Shown: piece by piece, positions 1 to 15,000 of the stretch
Numbering within the stretch: the first letter of the stretch is position 1
Layout: each line of letters begins with the position of its first letter
Origin: Schmidtea polychroa
Taxonomy: Eukaryota
Length of the DNA: 64,000 bases
Reading direction: 5' to 3'
Assembly (NCBI GenBank): GCA_044892525.1
Contig: CM097885.1
Span: 252,092,001 to 252,156,000 of the forward strand
The notes under the pieces: model-generated
What the model was told of the DNA's origin: nothing
The model's input: the letters and a program-made list of their open reading frames with translations, nothing else
Database searches by the model: none
Position numbers and translations under genes: made by a program

Positions 1-3000
1 TTATTAAAAAAAAATTAAAATTTCCATTTCCAATTCAGCTCATTGTCGTGATATTAGCAACTGTAATATCTTACTTTTTCTCATTTTCCAGCAAATACAA
101 TGTTCCGATTGTTGGAAATATACCGAAAGGGTAATATATTTTTTTAATTATAAGAAATTTTTTCAATTTTCACCTCTGATTTATTTTTGATTGGCATTGT
201 ATTTAAAAAAATTGACTATGAATCAGTAAAGATATCGATGTGTTTTTTTAATATTTTTACAAAATCACTTGAAAAAGACTGTATAGGAAATTCGTAAATA
301 TCAAAAAAATATCGATATCTTTATTGATTTTTTGAATTAATATCTTAAACTCTTTATATCTTTATTTATTTAATCAATTTTTAAATAAATCCAATGTCAA
401 TTGAAAAGAAATCAGAGGTGAAAATTGAAAGAAGTTATTTTTAACCGGTGTCCAATAAGTTAATATTTGAAGTAAGAGTTTTACAAATTTTTAATATAAA
501 TTATATTTATAAATCTGCTGTTTACTCTATTTCAATGATACTCAACTTCATATATTTGTAACGTTACGCCGGCCACAATACTATACTGGTATGACAAAAA
601 TGGCAATCCTATCCGGTGTCACTAACTGTGCATTAAAGTCGAAACGAATCTCAAGATATACGAAATTTAGAATGCCAGAATTCATTTTTTTAAAAATCAT
701 GTTCCTTTGATAATAAATGTGTTTAGGACCGCAGGTTGAGTATAGTAGCTCTCTATTGGATATGTGATTGTCAAAGGTAACACTGGACTTGTGGCGTGTT
801 GCTTAGTTGCATTATGTGATTGATTAAATATTTGATTAGGGTTTGCTGTTAATTCAATATGCCTCAACTTTCTCATTATTTTCATAAGTAAGTTTGAAAA
901 ATAAACAAGAATTCCCTGCTATTTACATGTCTAAAAATGGGATTTAACTCTAAATTATTAAATTGTTGAACCAACTAAGCATGGGATCATAATATTCCAA
1001 CAAGCCTAAGACTTTGCAAATATAATTGAATCCATGGATAGATTGTAAATATTAATGTGGATAAATTAAGTATTTTATTCCGGCAATTTTCTTAAAAACA
1101 AATGTAATTTTTGTCACAGATCATGTAGATGCGTTGAATTGAAATCTTTTTTTGACAATTGGTAATTGTATTATAAGAACTTCTTTCGATTTTCACCTCT
1201 GATTTCTTATCAATAGACATCGTATTTATTAATATCACTTGAAAAAGGCTTTGCCGAAAATCCGTGAATATTAAAAAAAACATCGATATCTTTACTGATT
1301 CATAGTCATATTTTTAATAAATACAATGTCAATTGGTAAGTGGGCTATAGATGAACTATTCTAAAGGATTAGTGATCTATTTTAAGGCATGTTTCATTAA
1401 CAAAAAATAAAAACTTTAAAGCTAATTTTAGTTCAGTAATATTTTATCAATGACATTTTGTTCCTTTCTGTTACCGTCTAAATGGGTTATCGAAATCATC
1501 AAGTGATAATACCAAATTGATGAATACCATAACAAATTCTTCTAATACCGATGTCATTGAAATAAACCAATCTTACCAATTCTTTCATATCTTATGACTT
1601 TCAGAATTTTTTGTTCTTTTTTAGATTAAATAATGACTTTTAATTTTCACGAGAGGATAGCAAAGGAAAAAGTCTTATTTAGAGGCGTTGCTAAAGTAAG
1701 CATATCTATTCTCCTCTAATAATAAACCTATTGATATAATTACATATACAAAATTACGTTGAAGTTTCTATATACCAATGATAATAAATAAATTGTTAAA
1801 AAATTACACAGAATGATGCTTGTCCTCTAAAACTAATATCTAAACATTTAATAAAAATTAAATTAAAATTAGCTTTTCATTCAGTTTACCCTATCCAATG
1901 ATTCCTGATATTTCAATTTGGCCAAGGGTTTTTATTGATGCCCTCATTTTAGCAGTTGTTGGATTTGTCATGAACAGTGCCTTGGTAAAGGTATACTGCC
2001 TCAAATTTAATTACGAAGCGGATTACAATCAAGAATTAGTGGCGTATGGTTTATCAAATATTTTCGGTTCGTTCTTCTTTTGTGTAATGTCAGCCGGTGC
2101 TCTTGCTCGCTCAGCTGTTGTCGTTCAGGTCGGCATGAAATCCCAGGTGAAAATAGTATAATAGATTTGTTTTATTCATAATTTATTCGCTTTTGTAACA
2201 AAAATAACTGCTATCAATTTTATCGAATTATTAGAAAGTGCAATCAAAAACGTTTTACGATTTATTTCGACAGTTTTACTACCATCACCAGGTAAGATTG
2301 AAACGACAATAGATATTATTGATTTAATAAACAACTTATTATTATTATTTAAAAAATCTATAATTTCATTTCAAAATTCAATTTTTTAAATTAAATTATT
2401 TTCAAAAAAGATATTTAAAATCTTTAAAAAATGATATTCAATTTACACACAAAATAATTTTAATTTAAACAATAAATCTATAAATTAAAAAATATTACTT
2501 AATAATTTAATCTTTAGACTTGAAAATAACAAAAAATAATCCACATTCAAAATTATTGAAATGACAGTTGTTAACAGTATTTTGCACATTCATTTCTGAT
2601 TTTAATGATTCTATTAACAGCACATCGGTTTACTTTTCATCAAATAATCTGTCAAATCTCTCCCTGTTAAGTCCATTCTACGAATCGCACGAGGCCATAC
2701 ATAACTGTCATAATATCTCTAGCACACCATCTGCGGAATCTTAAACGACACCTACTGTACGAGCTGAAGCGTACATATCAGGAATATTGAATGTTTCAAA
2801 CATGATTTTGAGTCATTTTTTCTGTTAGTTTCAAAATAAAAACTAATAAGAAAAACTGGATGTTCTTCTGTCGCAATTTTCAATTCATTGTAAAATGTAT
2901 GATCCCAGACCTTTCTCATAGCATCCAAGTTTGAAACCATGACATGTTCAATTGGATAATTCAAAGTTAAATCACCTCTTGCAGACTACCCCTCATCACA

Positions 3001-6000
3001 TTTTCACTCATACCAACCATAACTCATTGTCCTAATTGACCACAAATTGAGACAAACACATCTCTTGGAGCATCGTCCCGATGCATTTCCGATTGATTGT
3101 CAATAACCAAAGTGACATCCTTTTCCATTTTCTTTGTAATCAAAAATTTGAATAAAAAAACTGAATTCCGACGAATAAGTCTTTTATTATTAAACACTAT
3201 TTCAATCGACCATAAATCTACTTCAACAAAACAAAATTCCCAAACACGAATAATTCCAGTAAAGTCCAATAAATTTTAGAAGAATCGACAATTAATACTC
3301 AGCAATCAAAAGCATATACAATTATCAACTCAACTACTCTCGTCTGCCACCAATAACACACATGTGTGCGCACACAGACGCGACTAGTAAGAATTAACCA
3401 GATTCACATGACATATTCCCAATAATTATTATAAATTTTAATAAAATCCTCAAATTAGAAATCAATATCAAAATATTGAAATATTATTTTCTGATTTTAT
3501 TTGATTGAACAATTTAAAGATTATTTGAATTTTTAATCAATTTTGAAATTTCAAAATTTGAAAATATTTATTTGAATACTTGGTCGTTTTTAACCAGAAC
3601 AAGAAATTAATCTTAACACTAGATTTACGGGTAAAATAGCCGCAAAAATAGGTATACCTAATTCGATAAACGAAATGAGGGAGCGGGTAGAAACGAGTAA
3701 TTAATATTTACCTATATTTCATGACATATCTAAAAACCAACATATGTATTCAAAAAATAATAAATCAGTATTATATATATGTAGCAATAGAATTTAATAG
3801 ATATGAAATTTGAAACCCGTCAAATTGACGGGTTTCGTAAATCTAGTGTTAAAGGAAAATTGTAAAAACTGTTAATTTTTCAATTTTTTCTGAACCAGGT
3901 TCCCACATATTTTAGCTTCATTCAACTTCCATAGAAACATATTCAAATTTCTGTTTAGCAATTTAACATAGACAAACATTGTTGCAGTTCAGGTGGAATT
4001 TTGAAATAAGAAAAAAGTTAAATATAAAAATAATTTCAGATTTATACATAAATACATTTACAAAAAGAATTTTGGGATGAATTTTTTAAGCGAGAACCTT
4101 TTTATTTATAGAAAAAACAAAATAACAAAAAATAATACAATAATAATAATAAAAACTTACGAATTTTTAAAAACAAATTTTGAAAATATATTATCTGTTA
4201 TTTATCTGTTATCCGATTAAATAATGATCATGTTCTGGTTACACTTGGGTTATGCGAGTGAAGGTTTTTATTAATTAATTAAAGTCTTTCTAAAAAAAGA
4301 TATCACTAAAAAAGAAAAATGTTTATATAAAATTAGAAATTATAGAAATTAATTGGCGTAAAATTGCACCTGGTCTCATGTGCGTTTAGAATGAAAGGAA
4401 ATGTATGAAAGTAAATGTCCTTTAAAATTCTGATATATTGTGATTTTCAATGTATATTTATAATAATTGACTATAAAAATAACTTTAAATAATTTTTAAA
4501 TTGGATTTTTTAAGTTGAAGTTTTTAAATTAAAAATTAAAATGGCTTTTTAAAAAAAGAAGTTTTATTAATGAAAAATTTTAAATATGTTTTAAATATTG
4601 AAATATTTTGATAAATGGTTTTGAAAATATTTTATTCAACACGGAAAATTTGTTTGGAAATTATACAATATTTCATTAAATAAATATTTGGAATTATGTC
4701 TTTAACTTTTGAACCGGATTTACAAAACAATTTAGAAGGTATTTTAGCAGCTTCTAATTGTATTATTTTCTATAATAATAGGATTAAACCTTTCCACTTA
4801 TCTTGGTATTTTTTTGGGTTTAGTACTCATTATGGCAAGATTGTTTGCCACATTCTTAAAAACTGTTTCTATTACTCCACACGGCAAGAAGATCAATTAT
4901 TATTGAAAATGTCTATATGCATGCATCGCTTATTCAGCAGCGTATATTAATTTAAATATGAATGGAAGAAACAAACATGGGGAAATTAATATGAGTTTAA
5001 AGGGTTAAAAACATTGAATAATATTTTATAAAATCGATCATTTTATTCCATAAACTTCCCCCTCCCCAATTATAACCGCGATAATCAAACTATGAACCAC
5101 CAGACTTTGACAATTTCATTTAATTTTTTTCATCTTTTTTTGCAATTTTAGACTAATGTGTTACAATTAACAAGAGTTTTCGGCACTGCAATCTATCTAA
5201 ATCATTTGAAAATGAATATTAAATGCAATATTGTGAGACAGTATAAATTGTTATGTTTCAAAATGAATTCACGAAGCACAATTAATTGACATTGTTTCCA
5301 ATAATTCGTTGAAACAACATATTAAAATCAAACAATTATTATACAGTTTAATATATGGCTTAAAGAAATTGGGTGTAAAGAATTCCTGATATTGTTAGGA
5401 ATCCAGAATTCGAAGTTCCTTTTGTTACGCTGTGTAATCTATTGAAAAAGGATAGCCATAACTGATTATGCAAAACATATACAATTCATATTATTTACTG
5501 ACTTGATATAATAAAGGTAACATTATTTTTCGCTGCTTTTGGAAATATTTAAATAATGTTTCTGAACTTTGACGTTCCACGTTATAAATGAATCTGAAAG
5601 TCTTCATCGCGTACTTTTCCTCAATGTTCATAGAATAGCTAGTTTTGTTTTTGATGTGTTAATTGAGTATATTACGTAAAGCTCATTTACAGTGGCGGAC
5701 AAAAGCTTAGCTGAACTACATACTTTTGATGACAATAAATAATTTATTACAATACTCTTAGTAAATAATTATCAAATGTTTTTGATGCAATATAGTCTAA
5801 ATTTAGAATTAAAAAAACCAATTGCAGCTATATTTAAGCCTGATTTCTCTTACTTGTCCGTATTAATTATATTTACATGCATCGAAAATAAAAACTTTCG
5901 TAAATTTTAACGTGTCACATAGAAATCTTGCAGAAGGTAAAATATTCTGAGAGGCAAATAGCATCGAGATTAGTAGGACACTCATTGACTAGTTTAATAG

Positions 6001-9000
6001 TTTCAGGATTTAATTTTCCATGGAGTTATTTATTAAAACATCGCTGTGAAAGGTTCCCTGTTACCGCTAAACATAATGATTCGCAGCTGTCATCAAGAAT
6101 CCATTGATATCAGCTCGTCATATTCTTGGTAAATTACCTGATAATTCCAATACTAGCATTTGTACTATTCAAAGACGGCTTACTCACAAATTCAAGCTTG
6201 CAGCCTATTGTCCAACAGCAAAGCCACGTCACTCTAAAAAGAACATTGCAGATCGACTGCCTTTCTGTCATTGCTACAAAGACTGGGCATTTTTTGATTG
6301 GAATAAAGTCATGTTTGCTAATGAGGTTAGTTTACAGTCGTTCCATTGCAATTATCCATATGTTCATCGAATCCCTAATCAGCGTTATCATTCGCGATTT
6401 ACTATCAATAATGTAAAACATTCCCTGTCCGCGATGATTTTGTCTGGCATTAGCATTACTAGAACAGGTGGAATTTGATTCATGCCTTCAGGCACAACAA
6501 TTAACTCCACTGTGTAAGTACATGGCAGATCATAATTGCACCCACAGAGCTCCATGTCACTCAGCAAAAGTTGTGCAAAAGTGGTTCATTGAACTAAATT
6601 TTCCTGTGGTGCCTGGTTAAGAACCCCTCATTTGTGCCTGATTTAAAACAAAAGATACAGGAGGTTTGGTCAACAGAAATCACTCCTGTTTATTGCTACA
6701 GCCTAGTGGATTTTATGCTAGCAAAGATTGCTGCTGTCATCAAAGCTAAAGTATTACATACTAAGTACTGATAACTGCTTCAATATGTTTGTTAATTTTT
6801 AAATTGATTGTTAACTGTTATTTAATAAATTTCTATAATAAATTTCTATTTTGTCCGCCACTGTAATTGCATTAGTGTAAGTTGATTTGAACATATAACA
6901 ACTATTCTAATGATAATTCACATAATGCCCCGACCGTTTTCATCTATCACACAATCATTCATCATTATCTTTACTGAACTTTAAAGAAAATGATTAATCT
7001 AGGTTTAGTCCGACTGAAAGTTTTTTATTTATCATTTTAGCACTTTAATTGAATCTTAAATCTATTTCTATTCATTTCCTTTTTGGAAATACCATTAATT
7101 TTAAAATTGTTTATTTAAAAAAAATCTATTTTATTTATCGTAAAAATGTTATTAATTAATTTAATTTTGTGAATGAATATTGTTTGATTCGGTTTATTGA
7201 ATTCCTCATTTATGCATTACTATATTGATAGATTTTCCTCGAAATTTTTGTTTGCATATTATTATTTGAATTAATAAAATTTAATTATAATTTGACTTTT
7301 AATTATGGACACCGTAAATATGAAGATATTTAATGGCTAAAGGAAACTAGTTATGCAATTATCTATAAATTTTGTTTTATTGATTATTCTTATACTTTCT
7401 TTTCATTCACCTGCTTACTTGTGATGCTTACTGATTTCTATTGGTTCTTTTGGTATGTATAAAATTGAAGGTCATTTTAAATATCCAATCAAATCAATAT
7501 GTAAATTAATTTATCCTAATGGCATTTGATTCGTACTAAATGAAAAGAATTTTCCAAAACTTTTTGCCAAAGTGCAAGAATCAATAATATTTACAAATAA
7601 AAAAAAATTCCTTAGATTTTTAATTTTAGAAAGTTCTTCAAAAATTTTATTATTCTTTAATTATAATATTGGATTTATTTATTACGTCCTGAATTCATTT
7701 GGTATCGCCTATAATTATTATTCAAATCATAATTTTCCAACATCATTTATGAATATTATTGAAAGTTAATATATAAAGCTTACAAATATTTTATTGCAGT
7801 AATTCAGATGGCTTATTAGCCAGACTTTCTGAGATTGCGTTTTTATTACTTAAATACCAATGTGACAAAATTTGGTAAATATATGCATAAACTTAAGTAA
7901 AAGTATCTATAAATTTAATTTAATAAATTAAACTATATACATATTACTACATATATATATAGTTTAATTTATTAAATAAAGTGTTACAATGTTTTCATTT
8001 TTTAAACATACAAACGTATTTTTCAACGTGCTTGAAGATTCACTAAACTAATCGTAATACTTATAATACTAAATTGAATTAAATTGTTAGGTTCGTATAG
8101 TCAGGGACGTAACAAGGCATTATTGCGCCTTGTGAGGTTCATATCTGGCGCCCCCAGCATGCGAATTCAAACCTTAAAATTAAAAATAATTAAAATGTGA
8201 ATTATTAATTAAAAAATGAAAGATTTAAACATTTTCTTTTCAATGATTTGTTGTTTTTTTTCAAAGGCAGGTGAGAACAATATGGCCACTGCGATTTGTA
8301 TAATAATGTCATGGTGGCGATTTTACAAAATACACACCTAATGCACGTTAATGGACAAGTCCAACCAGTAATGGTAAAAGATAAGATAGGCTAGCTAGAG
8401 TCGTTTTTCGTGCATGACATTTGATAATTTTTTTAATTATTCATATTTTTTGGTAATACTAACATTTTACATCCCAATTTTGCGCCCTGTGCGACTGCAC
8501 CGCTCGCACCACCCTTGTTACGGGCCTGCGTATAATGCGGATGCGTCTAACACAGTTGTTTTATAATGAACTCCATACAATGTATATTTGCGAACTTTAA
8601 AATAGTTCTTTAATTTAATAAATATACAAATAATTTGATGATTTACTAATATTTATTAAAAAATACAAATAAAAAGTAATATTGGATATCGCAAAAATCT
8701 GTTAGTTTAAAGGATAAGATCGGTTGTTCAAACGAAAGCTGGTACTAAGATTTAAAGATTTCTAAACAAGTTTTGTGGGTGCCCACAAGATTATGAGATC
8801 AACACAGAAATTTTAGTCGATGTATTGACCTAAGATATGATCTTCTAAGATTTTAAACAAAATGATGAGCTCAAGGATATAATAACAAAAATTGCTTGAA
8901 TCCGTTTTTCAGAACTACAATTAGCTGAACTAAAACTTAAAATGCAATAAATGCTATTAACGTAATAGTTATCCTAATTCAGTGTTTCTCAAACTTTTCT

Positions 9001-12000
9001 CGCTCACGACACACTAAAAAATTTAAAAAAGCTCGTGGCACACCTGCCCAAAAATCAAATATTTTTACAAATTTTTTGACTTTCCAATGATATATAAAAA
9101 AGTTACTTTTTAGTCTATACTAATTAAATATGATTACGAGAGATTTTTATAAGGTAATAAATACAACTCTTTGTAATTTTGATCCACAGAAGCGACTTTT
9201 TCATAGTAAAAAGCTTGATACAGTTTTTGTAAATTTTTTTTATTACCAACTTTTTTGGGAAAAAAAGTCTTGCGGCACACCTGGTTCAACCTCACGCCAC
9301 ACCGTTTGGGAAACGCTGTCCTAATTTATAATAATTTATAGTAATTTATAATAATTCAAAAGAGAATAGAAAAAACTAAATACCAACGATATCTTTCTAG
9401 TCATATATATGAGTTTACCTTTAATTAATTTATTTATTGTAATTTATTATTAATATATTTATTAATACATTTGTCCAAACATCAATTACGTTGCCACTGA
9501 CCATTTACTCAATATGATTCTAACGTTTTGGGTCGCACCGCTTATTGAGCACCTCTGTCAATCATTATTTAAACAGAACTAACCATAATAAATGTCAGAA
9601 AATCTAGATAGCTTTATTTAATTAAGTGTCAAATTTTTATAAAAGATTTTGGGTACCACTGATTTAAGGTTCCTTAATAACATTTCCAAAATGGTACCTT
9701 CCAACCTATAAAAAAAATGAAAAGTGTAAATATTTTCTTAGGAGGTTTTATATTTCAATTTTTAATATAGATACTTCTTTCGTAATGGACTGTCCTGTTA
9801 TTAGTATTTCACAACCCACGTATGTCAAACAATTTTTAATGTATCTACTGTTTGTTACCCGGTTGATTGTTAGGCTATTTTTCAGCAGTTTCTGCAAAGT
9901 ATTCAAGCCTAAAACATTTTTAGTTTAGATATGTAATGTTTCCTGTTTATATTTTTCTATGGATGTTTTTCATTACCAATGTTCATTATACGTTTTGAAA
10001 ATGTTTCTTGGAATTACAGAAACCATTGATATACAATTTCTATAATATTAAAAAGAAATCAATAATGTTATATTATACAAACATACAAACTCACTTTGAT
10101 TTCACGTTGATGTTCTCATATATATTGCAATGAGATACGCTTTACACTATCTAAATCGAAAAAGTGGAAGAAAAATTAAATACTGCACACAAACACAGCA
10201 CATACTAAAAAAGACATGCAAATATTCGATATATAGGAATGCACTGCTGAGATATGTTTCGGTTAAATTCATTCTGATATCCTGGCTGTTATCGGTGTAA
10301 TCTCTTCTTTCAGATTTTGAATCTTCTTCTATACACGCTATTCTTTGATATCGGTGTGGAACATCTTTCCGTAACGAAAAACAATCTCGGAACCCGTGTC
10401 CTTCCTTGCCACATATCAGACATTTTTTCCCAGTGGACACTCATACCTTTTGTGTCCCCTTTCGCCACAGCAAAAACAATCACCTACCGTTAATTTTGGG
10501 ACCGATCCTTGTGGTAGTCCTCTACTTTCGTTGTACAGCCTCCTTGCTATATTCTTCGTGGATATTGTTGGGAGCTTCCTTTCTGAGCTATTCTGGATTC
10601 TCGCATTTCTCAAGAATTGTTCTCTTGGAGATTGTTCTCGACGACCATAGTTATTTCCTTCATATTGTATTGGTCCGCGTATATGATTTTCGTCTCTTCT
10701 TAATCTGTGTTGACTAAATGACTCTTCTGAAAGTCTTCTTTGTGGTGATGTAGGCATGGGATCTTCGGTATTCCTTTGAATTCTCATCTGCCCTCCCTCA
10801 GTCACGCTATCGTATGTTCTTTGACCGATTGCTTTAATAAATTCCATTTTATTGTTTCCATTTTTGTTACTTTCAAATATTTTCGCCAATGATCTCGTTT
10901 CTTCAATTTTTGTTTCTGGTTTCGTCAATATTATCTCCCGCAGTCTTTATTTGCGATGAGGTCTTGAACAATATCTTCTTCTGATCGTCCTGAATTTATA
11001 ACTTCAGCTAAAGCTTTTCTTAGCCGTATCTCAAAAGCTGCAAACCTTTCATCATCTTTCTGTTCCATAGCTGCCAATTCTCTGATTTTGTAATTGTGAA
11101 CGTATGTAAGAACCACGCTTTGGCTTTCACATCTGTTGTTTCTGTTTCTCTGACGTTTCCCCACAATGTCTTTGCTTCTGCCACCAATAACACATCGAAA
11201 GTGCTTGTCAATCGCTGTCCATTTGTCAGCAGACATTCTTCTATATCCCTGATCCATTCTTCGGCTTATTTTAAACCTCGTCCATCATATCGTCTGATGT
11301 TCAGTGTGAGCATGTCTTGGCATGATTTCGGTAGGCATTCTAATAGTGATTTTCTCGATTTCGAAATGGTGTTGATGTTCTGATTTTCGGCGTGGTGCCA
11401 GTTAAATCCAACTTTAAATCCATCTTTAAATCTGACATAAATTTATTATATAACAAGTTTTTAATTTTTCACAAAAACAACCAACTCCAATTATTAAAAC
11501 AAATTAAGCTATCCAACTGTTTCTATATTAACATTATTTTAGATAATTTTTAGACAAATATTTTTGGCGATTACTCTAATTATAATTAAAAAAATATATC
11601 TGACTTACATTATATCGAAATAATTCCAAAATGATTCTAAAATAAATTTCATAAAATTCCTAAAAAATGCTGAAAAGTAATAAAAATAATTTATAATTCA
11701 AATGTTAATTAAAAATACTATTTAGGAACTGGAATAATGATCTCATAATTATATAAAATCAAAATTAAAGCCTTAAAATTTGCTTAAAATATAAAACCTT
11801 ACCTAAAAGTCATTTCTAAATTGGCTAAAATAAATTTTCTGGAAAATAAAATTCATTTAATGGGCAGTCAAGCGTATTATGCAATTATATATTCGTTAGT
11901 GTTTTTAGTTTTGATAGTTTTAAAATTTTCTTGTTTCTCAAAATTATATATATAATCAAACTTTATTCAATCACAAATAATAATAATGAGAATATTAGTA

Positions 12001-15000
12001 ATATTAGCTGGTACCAGTATTAATTAAATGTTAATTAATTAAATGGTTATATAAGCTAAAAAAATGAAATAAGTTTCGATTATAACAGTAATCCTTCTCA
12101 ATTTCTGAGAATTTAGCTGTTTCAATTTTTAAATGATTTTTGATTTTCCTTTTTTGATTTTCTCTCTTCTCATTGGATGAAATAAATAAAAATATTTGGA
12201 AAAGTGATTTATGACAAACTTTTTGCATTTAAACAAAAAATTATACTTATTCCGTAAAAGAAAGTCATATGGCAACAAATTCTCAAAAAGTTTCAAGTAT
12301 ATTGAAATATCCATTTCTTTTGCTTACATGTTAGAAACAGTGATCTCAAGTCTCATTCCTCAGATAATTAAGTAGTGTTAATTTCTGCATTTCTGGGTGA
12401 AAATTACTCATACAATGAATTAGATACTGATTTAAATAGTTTTGTCGGAAATTTTAAGAATTCCCTTTTTAAATAGTCTTTGCCTCGCATTGTTACTGTT
12501 GAAATAATTCCTAGGAAATTTCTTGTTGAAAAATGAAATCATTTTGCTAAACGCAAAACTTGTTATTCAACAAAATCCTTAAAGTAAAACGAAATTTCAA
12601 ATGGGAATTATTAATAATAAAATTATTATTAATAAAACTTTATTTTTTTAATTTTCAATTTTAAAATAAAATGATATCGTATTAGGTCGCAACTATCGTG
12701 TCATGTTTCCTGATGGTTTTTGTCCTGCTATTTATCGGACCGCTTTTTGAGAGCGTTCCAACAGTAAGTGGTCATGCAATATTTTTGTCAACTTTATCCT
12801 ATTTTAGTCCGTTTTATCGTCGATTATCGTCGTGTCACTCAAAAGTTTGCTCATGCAAATTACTGAAGTTCCAGGTTTATATAAAAATTCTAAATATGAC
12901 TTTGTTCGTTTCATTTTTGGAATTTGGTGAATATTTATCTCGTTTTTAAATTTCCAGGACGTTTGGATGGTTTCATTTTTGTCAACAGTTTTTTTGAATG
13001 TTCCATATGGATTAGTCGCTGGATTTCTATTTAGTCTGCTCACTATTATTATAAGATTACAGAATCCCCAGTCTCAGTTGCTTGGCCAGTTACCTGGAAC
13101 TGATCTCTATAGAAATATGAAAATATTTAAAAGTGTAAGTTACAATATTATATAACGGACGCTCTTTTTATCAGTAGATATATAAAGCAAGGATATATAA
13201 ATATATTTTAAATTTTTAAATTAAATTTTAAATGTTTAAAAATTTTTAAAATTAATTTAGTTATTGTAGGAATAATGTAATATTAAACAATTAATGTTGT
13301 TTTAATATTCTGAAAATGTGGTAAAAATAGAATTTGAAAAACGTTTTGTCTTACAGTTATAATTTTTAAAATTAATTAATTGTTTTTATTTAATAAAAAA
13401 GTTATTGAAACGCTCTTTGCAAAATTTTCTTCAATAAATTACTTCAACAGAAGTGAATTTTATATTTGAATACGTTGTTGAATTCAAGTGAACTCCAAGT
13501 GGATATACGCCATGTTTACAAGTTTGCAGATATTTTTTCTGTGATTTAGCTAATTTGCAAGTGATGTGATTTCCAATGTACCAGGGAAAGCATGCAATAG
13601 AGTTGAAGCAGCAATATTGTATACTTACCTGGCGCGAAGAGAAATCTTAGTACTGATGAGAGACAAAGCTCGAAACTAGTCTACTATTGGGATTTGCACT
13701 GGGTATCACAAAGTTTGTGATGTTTATATTATTTTAATGTTAGACATCCGTAAAAAAATGTTACTCCAAACGATAGTTTTTTGAATTTTTCTATGTTATG
13801 CTTTTCTTCTACATTACTTATCAAGTGCTTTATGTCATTTGTACTGGCAACCTTTAGACTTGATTTTTGTATTTCCTCGTCAAGCAGATTAAACTATATA
13901 TAATAGAAAATTCGCGGTTATTTTGATTTTTTGATTTTATAATGAAAGATTCTTTAGCCGTTCCACAAAATGAATAACATCTTCTTTTTACTTTCTTTTG
14001 CAGTCCAGATGATTGATCAATGAAATTAATTTCCATCTATCATTGCATTTTTACAGAGTCATCTTATTTCATCCTTTTATCGTTAGATATCGCAATACTT
14101 TTATAAAACGAATCTAATCTGTTCCGAGAAGAGTCAGATGATATATAATAATGTACAATAATGAAGTCTACATGCTTAGATGAGAGTTCATCAACAATCT
14201 CAGTACAATCACCAGATTAAGTGCCCATGCTTTCCTGGGAACATTGATTGCTGGAGGCATGACAGAAAAATTGCCGAAGTCCTTATTGTTCATAAATCAA
14301 TATTTTTAAATTTTTACTCAATTTTAAAGTTTTAGTATAATAATTTTGTTTTACTATATGGATAAATAAATATTTATAATCTATTATTTCTTTAAATTAA
14401 AGGCAGTAATATGAAATTTCATGAAATATTTATTTTATCCGGTTAAGTTGAATTTCCTTTGTCTGGTTTCCTAAACTTAATAATAACCTGCACAAATACG
14501 GATACTATAATGGACCTCTACCTACGTTATTACTTAAGGTTTATAAAGTAGAAAATTAGTTTTCAAGTATCTTTTATTAAAACAAAATAATATATTATAA
14601 CGATAGAATGACGTCAGTCAAGCTATTGTTCTGAATGGTAAAATAGTTGAAATGCTTTGACCTATTCTGCTAGCAGTGTGCGTTAGTTAGAAACTTTACG
14701 TTTGCGTATTGTCTGCCTTTATATTTTTATGAGATTGATGAAAGTCAAAATACAATTAAAAATCTCGGATCACTCACAAATTGAGCTTGCTATATAATTA
14801 ATGACATTAGTGGCATTGAATCCGATGTGAAATTTAGATAATTCATCACGTTTAGAAATCAAATATTTTCAGATATTTCTATTAGTGATTTTATGCAAAT
14901 AGTCTCTTTTTCTTACGATACCAAAACCATTGCTATTATGGAATTCTCAGAACTTGAAATCTAGCGACGTAGTTGTTTCTGTCTTACCTAAAGTCATAAC

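Noticed and set aside
13621-13790. A complete U1 snRNA gene
   Set aside because: Beyond the 5' 14-16 nt, stem-loop I (GAUCAC loop), the spacing of the UUGCAC motif, the Sm site and stem-loop IV do not fit; the hammerhead fold explains the sequence better.
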